The notes below the pieces were generated by a model. That model made no database searches. It was not told the origin of the DNA and saw nothing but the letters and a program-made list of their open reading frames with translations. Shown here one piece after another: positions 53,102-64,000 of a stretch of 64,000 nucleotides of DNA. The stretch spans positions 32,240,001 through 32,304,000 of the forward strand of contig NC_047027.1 in the NCBI RefSeq assembly GCF_902652985.1. Reading direction: 5' to 3'. The translations under genes and the position numbers were made by a program. The stretch comes from Pecten maximus. Taxonomy: Eukaryota. Position 1 is the first letter of the stretch. Every line of letters begins with the position of its first letter.

Positions 53102-54076
53102 TTACTTCATCAGTGGCATAAACTTGGTTGGTCGAAGTGGTTTTCGAGACTGACTATGGACATAGACCCCAAAGTAGAAGAGAACACTGGCGATATGAGC
53201 ACACATACCAACAGTCCTCTGACCGGTTGGACACGTACAGTAGTAATTCTGAATTGGTGGTTGTTCGGTAACTGAGTACTGGATCCATATGTTGTATTTC
53301 GTTTGCGATTTATAACGAGATCGGATTTGACATCGAATCAGGTCAGAAGAGTGTTGGTATGCCATGACTTCATAATCTCCATCTGCTGTCAAATGTTCCG
53401 ATATGTATCCGGGGACCAACTTCACCTGGTACGTCCCACATGCCAGAGATTCTAGATATTCTTGGTCAAGACGTGGGAACTCGAGCTGGGCTGCCTCTAG
53501 CTTCTGCCATTGGGATTTGGCTCTCCTTGATAGGTCTGGCTCTTTCTCAACACGCTCTGCTAGGATGTTGGACTTGTTTAGAAGTGACTTCAACTCCAGA
53601 GCAACTTTTTCATCGTCGGCTGCTTTTGTTGATGAAGGCTGATATATGGGTCCACGTAGCCAATTCAGACATGCCGTGACACTTTTCAGAAGACTTTCGA
53701 GATTTTTGATGTAGTTTGATGTGAGTTCAGTTTTAAAAAATCTGAATTGCTTGAAACGAGAGTGATAACTTTCGACCACACATCTTGTTTTAGTGATACA
53801 CCTGTCTGTGTTTGCCTCTATACCATCATGTTGACTCTGTCCAGGTTTGAGAAATATCGGCATGTGAGTCTCGTATCCCTCGTCTGATAGTTTGCTCAAA
53901 ATGTCTCGGAAACCCCTGTCTACAATTACCTGATCATCTTCCTCTAGGATACCTGACAGACTTTGTAATGAGATAAGTATCTTGACAGTGATTTTGGCGT
54001 CACTATCACTACCAAGAAATGGGCCGACAGTGTCTAGAACGTAACCGTTAGGGAACACAATACTCATAAACTTCAC
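53102..54076 (-). CDS. Transposase C-terminal part (DDE_Tnp_4-type core + SWIM zinc finger)
   Basis: VIVDRGF (second Asp), TKTRCVVESYHSRFKQF (Glu), C-terminal YYCTCPTGQRTVGMCAHIASVL (SWIM CxC..CxH). Confidence 0.85.
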   Translation of the reverse strand: MKFMSIVFPNGYVLDTVGPFLGSDSDAKITVKILISLQSLSGILEEDDQVIVDRGFRDILSKLSDEGYETHMPIFLKPGQSQHDGIEANTDRCITKTRCVVESYHSRFKQFRFFKTELTSNYIKNLESLLKSVTACLNWLRGPIYQPSSTKAADDEKVALELKSLLNKSNILAERVEKEPDLSRRAKSQWQKLEAAQLEFPRLDQEYLESLACGTYQVKLVPGYISEHLTADGDYEVMAYQHSSDLIRCQIRSRYKSQTKYNIWIQYSVTEQPPIQNYYCTCPTGQRTVGMCAHIASVLFYFGVYVHSQSRKPLRPTKFMPLMK

Positions 54077-55221
54077 GTAGTTGCGTTTTTTTGGCCGCAG
54101 TAACTTTTCCGCTGAAACTCATATTCTTCACTTTTGCCGATACAGATATATGTACCATCCAATATTACAGTGACTTTGTTGCCGAAGAATGTTTTTGTGA
54201 AAACTGTATTGTGATCCAACGCTTGCGCCCTAGACACGTGATCCGGACCAAGATGTGTGGGAACTACGGCTTGATTTAGAGCATCTGTAACGATCTGGAA
54301 AATTCTGCTGACGCTCGATTTGTGAATGCGGAAAAGAGAAGCCAATTGAGTGAAAGATATGTCTGTTTTGAGTTTAACCCAAAACAGCAGAAGGGCATTC
54401 TTAGATGGCAATGCTTGTGTACCAGTAATATGTTCGGAACATGCATCGTGTATTTGATTGAATTGATTACAATCCCAGCCTGTCCAAGCTTGGCAATCTT
54501 CATCATCCATGTTGTCGAAGTTTAATACAAGCAGTGGCAAGTTATTGGACATGTTCTGTATGATTTTGAGTAAATCGTTGATAACAGCTGGTGACTTGGT
54601 GGCTAAGTGATTAACAAGTTTATCCCTCCCTGTTAAAACCGGCTCAATGTCAGGACTGATATCGTTACCAAGAAGATGACTTGAACACACCCTGGAATTC
54701 TCAGGCATGCACAGTTTATGTTTGATAGGCAGCTGGTGTCTTGCTTTCTCACTGATGCAGCTAGAACTCTGCATGTTGTAAGTTCGACAAATGCTACATT
54801 TTCTGTTCGAAGAAGAGGCATAGTATAAATCATCTACAGAAAGATACCCGTCCAGAGTGTCAGATTCGTCAACAGAATCATCATTGTCTACGGAAGGTTT
54901 TTTCCGTTCCGGTTCATTGGCATTCTCGGATGCAGGACGTTTCTTGAGGTATCTGAGGAAGCATTTTGGACACATCTTTGCTTCTGTTGATTCAGAAAGT
55001 ATGCCACCTTCAGAAAGGAGAACATCTTTCATCGAGTCCTGGTTGTACTTGAACTTAACTTTACATCCCAACCCAACGCAGGAGTTCTCCATTTTCCTAT
55101 TTGAGACAAAGACAACTTTACTACAGAATAACTGAACTAAATAGAATTGTAAAACGTAACAGCAATTATAACAACACGCCGAGCACCATTCGCAGTGAGT
55201 AGTCAAAAGACCAAGTGGCAA
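54073..55221 (-). CDS. Transposase N-terminal part (THAP-like Cys/His motif, HTH, first catalytic Asp)
   Basis: CSIC...RVCSSHL zinc-binding pattern; LLLFWVKLKTDISFTQLASLFRIHKSSVSRIF HTH; VILDGTYI. The likely start is the ATG of MENSC rather than the TTG at 55221. Confidence 0.8.
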   Translation of the reverse strand: MPLGLLTTHCEWCSACCYNCCYVLQFYLVQLFCSKVVFVSNRKMENSCVGLGCKVKFKYNQDSMKDVLLSEGGILSESTEAKMCPKCFLRYLKKRPASENANEPERKKPSVDNDDSVDESDTLDGYLSVDDLYYASSSNRKCSICRTYNMQSSSCISEKARHQLPIKHKLCMPENSRVCSSHLLGNDISPDIEPVLTGRDKLVNHLATKSPAVINDLLKIIQNMSNNLPLLVLNFDNMDDEDCQAWTGWDCNQFNQIHDACSEHITGTQALPSKNALLLFWVKLKTDISFTQLASLFRIHKSSVSRIFQIVTDALNQAVVPTHLGPDHVSRAQALDHNTVFTKTFFGNKVTVILDGTYICIGKSEEYEFQRKSYCGQKNATT

Positions 55222-56209
55222 AGGGAACGGAGGAGAAGTTTTGAAGAAGTACTGAAGACGAATATAGTCAAGTGAGAAAAATGATGAATCATACGTAATA
55301 CGGAACTACTATAAGTATGTTAAACATAGTAGAACATAATACATTGCCATGGACGTTATATCAAATCATTTTCATAATAAATCAATACGTTGTATTATTG
55401 TGTACGACAAGGACCACTTGTATCGCCCGTGCATTTTTTCCAAATACATTTTTCAACATTGAATTACTGCCCTTATCCAGTGATTTGGCACGACTTTCTT
55501 TTGCTGGTATACAGAGAGATAGTCAGATATGTTTTTAAAACACTAACATCGATAGTACTCGCATATTATCGTGCCGAATTTGCTGCTTGATTTTAAAAAT
55601 GGTATTTTGAATTTGATGAAAATTTTTGAATTTTGGTTTTCTTGTACTAAACTTTGTTTGTTTTTTCATGGTCAGCTGTTTATCATTTTAAACTACAATG
55701 TATGTACAATACCTAGTCGTGAGAAAACCTCTCAGTGACAAACCGAAATACCACTTATGGGTCTGTGAAAAACACAGGTATGCTTGTAAACGAAAAAGTG
55801 AAGTAGATGGCGCTATGGGCGCGCTTATGGGTCAAGTGGAAAATAACATCTTGTTCCATATGCATTTTTTAAAACTTTACTGGAAAATATAGTCGATTTC
55901 AAGAAATCGCTGCGGGCGGTTCTGCAACAGCACCTTTTCACGTTAAGAACCAAAACATCAATTGTGAGTATTTAGTCTATGACATATCGGCATCAAACTA
56001 CAAACTGTTTGACAAATCACAAGATAGATAACGGTAGTGGCTTTACCCAAATTTGTATGGAGCGATAGAAATAATACGGATTAACTTCATTTACGTCAAT
56101 AGTTGTGTTACGGTAAGTTGTGAACGTCGGTAATTTATCATAAAATATATAGCCCGAACATCATATAAAACAATCGAGAAACAATTTCAAATTCCTGGCA
56201 AAGACTTAC

Positions 56210-56808
56210 CTTTGACTGTAAGAATGCTCTCACTAGTTGTATAGTTTGGTTTGCTTTTGTTTAACGTCCTTTGAACAACCAAGGTCATTTAAGGACGTGC
56301 CAGGTTTAGGAGGTGGAGGAAAGCCGGAGTACCCGGAGAAAAACCACCGGCCTACGGTCAGTACCTGGCAACTGCCCCACGTAGGTTTCGAACTCGCAAC
56401 CCAGAGGTGGAAGGCTAGTGATAAAGTGTCGGGACACTTTAACCACTCGGCCACCGCGGCCCCTAGTTGTATAGCTATTCTAGGTATACGAAATAGTTAT
56501 CTACGTCAGTCACCGCACATCACACGTGTAAACTTTATTTTTTCTGTGGGTGAGGAATCTCTAGGATCCTTTAGAACTACTCGTCCAATCACAGAAGGAT
56601 TTGTTAAGTTTTCTGATATCGCGGGAGGTTGAATAAAACGTTCCTATTTTTCGTATTTTCTGGAGTCGTTAGATTCCCCATGTATCATACTATCTCCAAC
56701 ACAGTAACAATAGACGACATACTATGTACATACAAATTCCATTTCATAGTTCCATAGATCCTTCTGTGTTTACTGTCGTTGTGAAAAAATATAACCTTAC
56801 ACTCCTGC
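56210..56808 (-). pseudogene. Decayed paralogous Ig V exon interrupted by a SINE
   Basis: 56510-56810 aligns by eye with 59272-59597 but has stops and deletions; ends TSESILTVK G|gtaagt at 56210. Confidence 0.75.
56245..56462 (-). mobile_element. tRNA-derived SINE
   Basis: A box TGGCCGAGTGG, B box GTTCGAAAC, central GGGTACTCCGGCTTTCCTCC, A/C-rich tail; 12-bp TSD CTAGTTGTATAG (56233-44 and 56463-74); homologous to 10134-10356. Confidence 0.9.
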
Positions 56809-58182
56809 TGCATTTGATTACTAATTAGTTTTTTAAAACTGGTTTTGATTAAAAAACTTTCAAATTTGAACAAGTCTCACATCGTTGAATTAAGAGTACC
56901 GTTTTGTTGGTGATCTGCTCGCGTCTTTTCCTTTCATGGGTAAACACCGAATAGTCGATGGAGGAATAACATATTTATTTAAATATCTATTTCTACGGGA
57001 TACTTTGACGGAGTCATTGAGAGCTAAAGCAATCGATGGCTGCTTTGAGCAGACGAAACATCGAAATTTTGTGGATCCAAATTTTCAGAATAGAGCTCAA
57101 GTTTTAGGATTCGTGTCGTCATAACGGTGAATCACTGGGATATCTTTACTGATAATTTGATGAGCTCACTAACAAAAGTCTGCTGTATTACATTACGAGC
57201 CATAAGGGCACATATGTTATATCTTAATTAATGATTATATATTTTAAAAGGGACGAAGCTTAATACTTTATTAAATGCAGCGATTCAGTGATATTTATTG
57301 TAGTTAGACTTTCATTTCTATAATTTGAAAACTATCCTATACATCGCTTATTACAAAACAACAATCATAAGCGGAAAGAGCGTGTCATTTCACCAAACCA
57401 GGATGTTACTTTTATTTTTCTCACTACTCTTTGGAGGAATTCACAGTATATTGTAATAAGATATCCGATAAACCCGGCAGTCGTGACTTTTTTCCACGCG
57501 CATGTTGTACAAAACAGATCTTTAATCTGTGTCGTGTAAAAAACTAAGTAGTCACAATAGGGTACTACTAGAGACTAGTCGTCTGAATGGTGATTGTAAG
57601 GAAAAGTTGTCCAGAGCGCTGCGAGGTGTATGACTATTTATTTTAATATATATTTCATAGCCATATATTTGACTTCCGGAGGAACAGATTGTCACTTGAA
57701 TCTATGAAAACTTACCCATTGTAATGCTATTTATCTTGAACAAATTGTGGGTTTTCCTAAATATTGTGAAAGTTGTAATAATTAAGAATTACACAAAAAT
57801 ACAAAAGGGTAAAACATTTTAAAAACGGCTTTAGTGATAGGTACAGAATACACCGGGGAATGAATACGAAACTGAAACAAACAACGGTGTCGTCTTTCTA
57901 GGACACATCAGTGAGAAAACACTAACAAATCACCAATAAATCATAAATGGGAGTGTAAAAAATATGAAAGGAAAAAATAGAAGGGTAGTGGTTTTAACAC
58001 CTATTATTATTACAAGATTTATTAAAATATTGGAGATATAAAAAATAATCAAGGATTGACATCCTTAACGTCCACAGTAGTATAAGACGGTATGACATCA
58101 ACATCGATGAGTTGTTATAAATGTTAACACAAACATCGAATTAATTCGAAGTGACCGTCTCGAATTCCTGGCAAAGACTTAC

Positions 58183-58480
58183 AATAAACTTTGATTGGAT
58201 TAGCTTGTTTATAGTATTCCTTGCTTGATTGGCCAGTTATAGTTTCCTGTTGTATGGTACACCTGACGGTGACACCATCGTCGTCCTTGGTCATCACTAT
58301 GGAGATAACACTACTTCCGGTGAAGGTACAGTCGGTGCTTGGGGACGCCTGTGTGGTAGAGGTTACGGTACTACCCACGGAATCAGAAACACCCCTGTAC
58401 TTGGTCCACAGGAACGTCCCGGCCGACCGACCAACGTTACTGATACACCTGAACTGGACTGTCTGTCCCTCCTCAATATT
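58183..58480 (-). CDS. Ig-superfamily gene, C2/C1-like domain exon
   Basis: Acceptor cccttcctAG; NIEEGQTVQFRCISNVGRSAGTFLWTKY...MTKDDDGVTVRCTIQQ...IKVY; donor T|gtaagt; 298 nt, phase 0-1. Confidence 0.8.
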
Positions 58481-58794
58481 CTAGGAAGGGACAGAACATA
58501 TTTTTTTTTAAATTAAATTTCTATGCTTTAGAAAAATGATTAAACACTGTTTGAGAAACAACATAACGTACCGTTTTCTAACGTACCTCTTTGATCAGGT
58601 TTTTATGTTTCAAGCGAGTAATGGCCGCCATCTTGGGAACTCGCTTGAGATTCGATTGCGTTTCATTATTTGATACCGTATCTATTTTGTGCACCTGGTA
58701 CAAACACGATAAAGAAACACACGGATACTTACTTAAAACATTATTTCTAAATCTTTAAATCTAGACACAATGTATTCAGCAGCAAATGGTTTAA

Positions 58795-59165
58795 AGATTA
58801 TGACACACGTCGACATAGAATTACATAAAATGATAACATACGTCGACACATTATTACAAAGTTACTCTAAGAAAGGTCTCGCTGGTTGATCCGGTCCTCA
58901 TTCCAATTATAACACATTGATATGTATAATATGGTGCGGTATAAGATGACGACATACGTCAACAAAGTATTACATAAAATGACGACATACGTCGACACAG
59001 TATTATATAAAATGATGACATACGCCGAAACAGTATCATACAACATGATGACATACGTCGACACAGTATTATATAAAATGACGACATACGTCGACATAGT
59101 ATCATATTAAATGATGACATACGTCGACACAGTATCATATTAAATGATGACATACGTCGACACAG
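58795..59165. repeat. Minisatellite, 33-bp unit with palindromic core acgtcgac
   Basis: About 9 copies, interrupted at ~58857-58935 by a V-exon remnant. Confidence 0.85.
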
Positions 59166-59171
59166 CCTTAC

Positions 59172-59593
59172 ATGTGACTCTAAGAATGGTGTCAATTTTT
59201 GGTTTCACCCACGTTCTGAATATTGCATATTTTGTTTTTTTGCATGTACAGCACATTGATATTTACGTTCGTCACCGCACACCACACTTGTAAACTTTAT
59301 TTTTGATGTGAGGGAGGATTCCGTAGGATTGTTCAGAACTACTCGCTCAAACACTGAAGGATTTGATAAGTTTTTTAATGTCGCGCGGTTTTGAAATGAT
59401 CCCGGTGGATAAAACGTTGCTAATTCTTCGTATCTTCCGGAGTCTTTAGATGTCTCCCTGCACCACACCATTGTAGTCACTCTATCATAGAACGACGACA
59501 GACTGTATGTACACACAAGTTCCACGTCATTGTTCCCTATAAGTCCTACTGGGTTAACTGTCGATGTGACAGAAATATAACCTTGTACTCCGG
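59172..59593 (-). CDS. Ig-superfamily gene, V-set-like domain exon (apparent frameshift near 3' end)
   Basis: Acceptor attacAG; VELVCTY...VW...SKIKFTSVVCGDERKYQCAV Ig motif (ORF 59205..59627); the G strand DTILRVT and donor T|gtaagg at 59172 are reached only after a shift at the A7 run 59235-59241. Confidence 0.75.
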
Positions 59594-59775
59594 CTGTAAT
59601 AGATAAAAAAATGTATTGTAAATTCAAATAACTTTAAAACTTAGGCCTCAAATGGTCATTTAAAGTGTTCCTACGTTTTGAGGAAATTGCCAAACGGGCG
59701 ATGGATGGATTGTATTTTGATAACGATATCCTTTCTTTGCGTATGAGATATAGCATATGTTTATAGCGATCTATT

Positions 59776-59931
59776 TAAGGATTGAATCTTGATTTGGTCG
59801 GTTTCATGGGGTCATGAATTGAGTTGCTCTTGAGACAAATTTAATGAACTGCGAAACAGTTCATGTTGAATTTGTCTCAAGAGCAACTCAATTCATGACA
59901 TGAAATCGACCAAATCAAGATTCAATCCTTA
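59776..59931. repeat. Near-perfect palindrome (~75-bp arms, ~5-nt loop)
   Basis: taaggattgaatcttgatttggtcg...gaactg cgaaa cagttc...cgaccaaatcaagattcaatcctta. Confidence 0.9.
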
Positions 59932-60739
59932 TATTTCAATTTTTTTTTTCGAATAAAAAAGTTGGTCTAGATATTAATAACTCGAAGCATGTGCAAGTCC
60001 AAATGCGGAAAAGCCCGAGGAGTTCCGGATTGTGCATGTCTAGTCGGTCGAGCAAAATAGTCCGCAATTTTAGCATTAAAAACAACATTATTTTGTTAAA
60101 ATAGAAGTATTTAGCATATCTGGTCTTTTTATAAAATACAATAATACATTATCAATTTGATAATTTTAATAAGTATTCCATGTTTATAACAACAATGTAG
60201 AAAAAGTGAAATCGTTCCGCGGAAGGATTCTAATAATGTATTCATACGCACTGATCAGTGTTAATCTGGTCAAATTCATGAGCAAATGAAACAGGTTTGG
60301 TAGTTTCATTGAGTCCAACTTGAGTAGAAATTGAAATATTTCTGGGTGAAAGGGATGTTACATATCTTTATAACAATGTATTCATACAAGATACCTTAGT
60401 TTTTGCGGTGTAATGAGAAGCACGTGTCAACCTCGAATTGTGTATTGGAAGTAACATACAGGTCATGCCGGATATTTAACATATTCAAAGAACACAGAAA
60501 GTCAGGTTCCAATTTTAATAAATCGATCTTAAAGGAATGAGCTCCCTTTAATGACTACACAACGACCACGTCAACTGTGTCTTATTTGTGTAGTAGTCTT
60601 AATAGATTTATTTCCTGGAAAATTGAAATTAGATCAATCGCCTATCTAAACATTTTCTACCACAATTGATAGTAAATAACGTTAGAAAGGTCGTAAGACC
60701 TATCGTATTATAGGTACTCATTAAAATAGATTGACTTAC

Positions 60740-60788
60740 CCGAGTACAGGATCAAAAGTATCACTGACACCACCCAAACAGTCGTCAT
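60740..60788 (-). CDS. Ig-superfamily gene, signal-peptide exon (MTTVWVVSVILLILYS)
   Basis: ATG at 60788; hydrophobic 16 codons + G|gtaagt (phase 1); joins the V exon to give ...YSAGVQG|YISV. Confidence 0.75.
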
Positions 60789-61184
60789 ACTGAATATTTG
60801 AAACCAAGAAGAATATTTAGATGTCTACATTTATCATACGCACTGAGCGGTCGGTTGAAATCAATATGTGTAGATGCATGCATATTGTAGACGCAAACGG
60901 AAATCCGGTTGAAAACATGTCGAATTATGATGAGATATTTGCTGAAGTCAAAGCGTGTCATCTGAATATATCACTTGTAACCAGTATTCTGTGTTTTGTT
61001 AAGTAAGCAGACTTCGGAGGTAGCTCGCGGGGATTAACAGATCCAGTAAAAACAAATGAAAAGATACCGATTGAGCTTCATCACTATATGTATCTGTGTG
61101 GGTACGTCGCAGGTACCAAATCTGTATTTTTTCGTGACGGAGAGAGAGGGGGAACAGCTCTTAATTGGTGTTGCTTTCAGAGGG

Positions 61185-61610
61185 ATAGTTAGAATCCCTC
61201 CACTGTTTGGGCGCTCACAATATTGTCGCAACGATGGTTCCAGTCAGCTACTGTCCTTGTAAAGACCGAGTTCTTGTGTTGAGTAGTTTTAGAGCTGTGA
61301 ACTTGGTAGGGTCTGCTATTGTTGTTGACGTTTGTGTCTACTATATTCTGAGATAAAAAAATGTTCAAGTTCCTTGTTGTTTTGATAATTCTCTTCTGTC
61401 TTGATTTTTGGAGGAAAACAGATGGTTGTATAGCTGGGACTAACCCTTCAACAATTTGAACATAAAAATGAGGCGCTTTGATGTTCGTATGGATTGGGGT
61501 GACGGTAAATCCAACTCTTGGATTATTTTTGTCATGCAACCGTCTTCTCGGCTTGTGTAGTTTTTGGATATGAATTTGAATTTTCTCAAGCCTTTCGAAA
61601 TCTAATGTTG
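61185..61610 (-). mobile_element. Non-LTR retrotransposon (LINE) ORF2 3'-end fragment
   Basis: LEKIQ...HKNSVFTRTVADWNH resembles the conserved C-terminus of CR1/L2/RTE-X-type ORF2; no RT core present. Confidence 0.65.
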
Positions 61611-64000
61611 AGTTTACTTTCCTGACCACACTAGTTATATGTGTTATATGTACAGTGTATATGTGCATTTTAGATCATTTGAGATTAGTAGGCCGATATA
61701 TGGATTATTTTGCATCTGTTGGAGTATATGTCCATGTAGGGTGTACAATTTATCTTGTTCTTGATGCTGAGTATGTAGCACATTTTGGCATTAACTTCCA
61801 TCCCCCATTATTCAGCCCAGTTTTTGTGGTTTTTCAGGTCTTTTTGTATATATATTCTTCAGCTTAGTAAACTCTGACTGCGAACAAATTAGCGTATACG
61901 CATTGAAAAAATAATTATGACCACATCTGTTTGTGGGGTTTCTTGCCTTTCTGGTCATCTAAATAGCAGATCTAGTGATATATTGTACACGCCTATAATT
62001 GAAACACTACTATAGTGCAACTTGTCGATGATCAATTGCCAGTACATATCATGGCTTAGTAATAACCAATACGAACACTCTCCTGAAAACATCCGTCTTA
62101 CTATGAACACGTGCCTTGATAGTATCCTATAGGTCTATTTTTATTCATTGAAATGCCTCACGCGATGCAATTTTAATTATCCAAAGCCGCCATTTGCATT
62201 AAGATGTAAAACTAAAATAAATGTTTATGTCTTTAATACAGTTCAATCCTGTCAAACAAATTCCTCTATTTAAATGTCCATGTATTGATCATATAAATGC
62301 TCCTTATTAAATATCCCTATAGAGATCACATCAATGCCCCTATATTAATTCTATATATGTTCCTATATAGATACAATATAAATGCCCCTATATACTTAAC
62401 AGCCCGAAGAAACTATTTCATTACATATTATTTCTATGGTACCCTCGTTGTATGAATGGTTAATCAGAATTAAGGTTTCGTTTCTGTTCACTTTCGGTCT
62501 AAGACATCACTGACCAGTCCTAGTGGAATACGCAGTACATTTTCAGTCGGTTAGGTACAGATTCCTTTGATATGATTCCAGTGAACATAGGCCATGGCTG
62601 AGAGAATAACTGCTAAAAGGCCAGCTAATAACAGGTCCGTCGATGGACGTAGTACCTTTGCGAAAAAAAAAAAATCGGGCGCTGACTGAATAATTATTAA
62701 AGTACAAAAACAGGCCGGTGTCGCCAATCCGTCTCCAGGGATGTAGATGGTCATCGACATGTCCGTTGCTTACGAGGCAACGTTGAGGTCGACTATAAAT
62801 AATTTGTCATATTTCATATGGAGGTTCTTCTCAATCACTATTTGTAGATTTGTAATTTTATTGTGGATCTGGTCGAATAGCCGACATCTCGTAATCTTGG
62901 ATTTTCACAACTTAAGTTTGCTTTAATTGCCATTTCTCATATTTTATGGGACTGAAATGTGATAGAAAAGACCGATTGTTTCCTAGTTGTGAATGTTCAT
63001 TTTGTGCCGATCTTTGACATCGAGTCGGTCACGAAACTTTAACCCGTGAAATTATAGGACACTGGATACAGAATATTTGACCAGGAATCTCATATATATA
63101 ATGGCTAATTATCGGTAGGAATATTCGCGAAAACTAGATATCCCCTTCGGCGAGATCGCTGAATTTTGATTCGTTATAATTAGAAAATTTTATTTTAAAT
63201 GAAATTTGCGAACTTTGTGTACTGCTTTACGGTAACATTTTTTGGAAATATAAAATACTACATATTAACTTTTTAGAATCAGTATTTAAAATCATAAGAT
63301 AAGGGTATGTCTTCATTTTGAGACTCAACAATGAAATCCTCTCAATATATATATATATGATGACTTTATAAAAGATGTACGCATCAAGATGTGTCTGTAC
63401 TGACAGAAAATACCATGTTCCATCGAAATAATTATAACGCTGAGTCATATCATGATGCTTGATATTTATTTTAAAAATACACATTTAAAATTGAATCGCG
63501 CGGGGAAATTCTAAACGAGTCGCAATATTGTACAATTTTTATATTGGAACTTCTTGACACTTCTAAATAGAAATACACAAACTTAATATTTATTATACAA
63601 AATACTTACATTTAAACATGTATCGTACGGGGAGTTCCTAAAGGAGACTTTACATTGACTATTCGGATTACTAGATACTTCTAGATAGAAATACACAAAC
63701 CATCAATTATCATTTTCTTTTTACCATGTATACAGAATACACGCTAGTCTCATTCAGGAAAGTATCGTAAAATATCACGAGTCACGAGATATCTGTGGGT
63801 GACATATCAACGTGCACGTCACGTGACATATGTGAATAACAATACAATAACAAATGTTACAAGTTATTGACGTCCTCCATAATTTCAACAAATCTATCGT
63901 GTTCCGTCTCTATATTTAGTATACAACTTCCGGTTTGGTAAGCGACCATTACTAGGACCCTGGTATCACGTCTGTATTTGTTAGTGTTGATATCAGATAT

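Larger units (their letters stand above)
52222..55934 (-). mobile_element. PHIS-group (ISL2EU/Spy/Harbinger-related) DNA transposon, ~3.7 kb, near full length
   Basis: TIRs GGTGCTGTTGC..AACCGCCC (52222) and GGGCGGTT..GCAACAGCACC (ending 55934); flanks AAA| and |TTT with no duplication; internal transposase ORFs. Confidence 0.8.

Noticed and set aside
57715-57756. Possible small downstream exon of the Ig gene (- strand, ends GG|gtaagt)
   Set aside because: Joining it to the phase-1 C2 exon gives an immediate stop, and the phase-0 reading also hits a stop; cannot be supported.

Overview
AT-rich animal genomic DNA, most likely bivalve mollusc (inferred from a coiled-coil C1q-domain gene, SINE style and repeat landscape). 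It is not prokaryotic and has no CRISPR array. (1) 1-~46,500 (+): the 3' part of a PHLDB/LL5-family gene (coiled coil plus C-terminal PH domain). Five phase-compatible coding exons can be assembled by hand (1723-2044, 5557-5743, 41455-41551, 42466-42612, 43015-43458), with a GC-AG intron and a ~35.7 kb intron holding about 20 unrelated minisatellite arrays. That intron also contains two phase-compatible candidate alternative exons, a ~66-copy array whose unit is acceptor-6 nt-donor, a ~76-copy AP-1-site array, and a 72-bp array made of the gene's own splice acceptor. (2) 47,341-49,123 (-): a disrupted signal peptide + coiled-coil + gC1q gene. (3) 49.8-56 kb: a TE cluster with a MITE inside a minisatellite, the 3' end and LTR of a Gmr1-type Gypsy element, and a near-intact 3.7 kb ISL2EU/Spy-like (PHIS) transposon whose DDE-SWIM transposase is split at an A-AAA-AAC run. 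(4) 56.2-60.8 kb (-): an Ig-superfamily gene (leader, V-like and C2-like exons) with decayed duplicate V exons, one interrupted by a tRNA-SINE. Most long ORFs in the supplied track are translations of tandem repeats. All gene models and family names come from manual reading and motif recall, not database searches.
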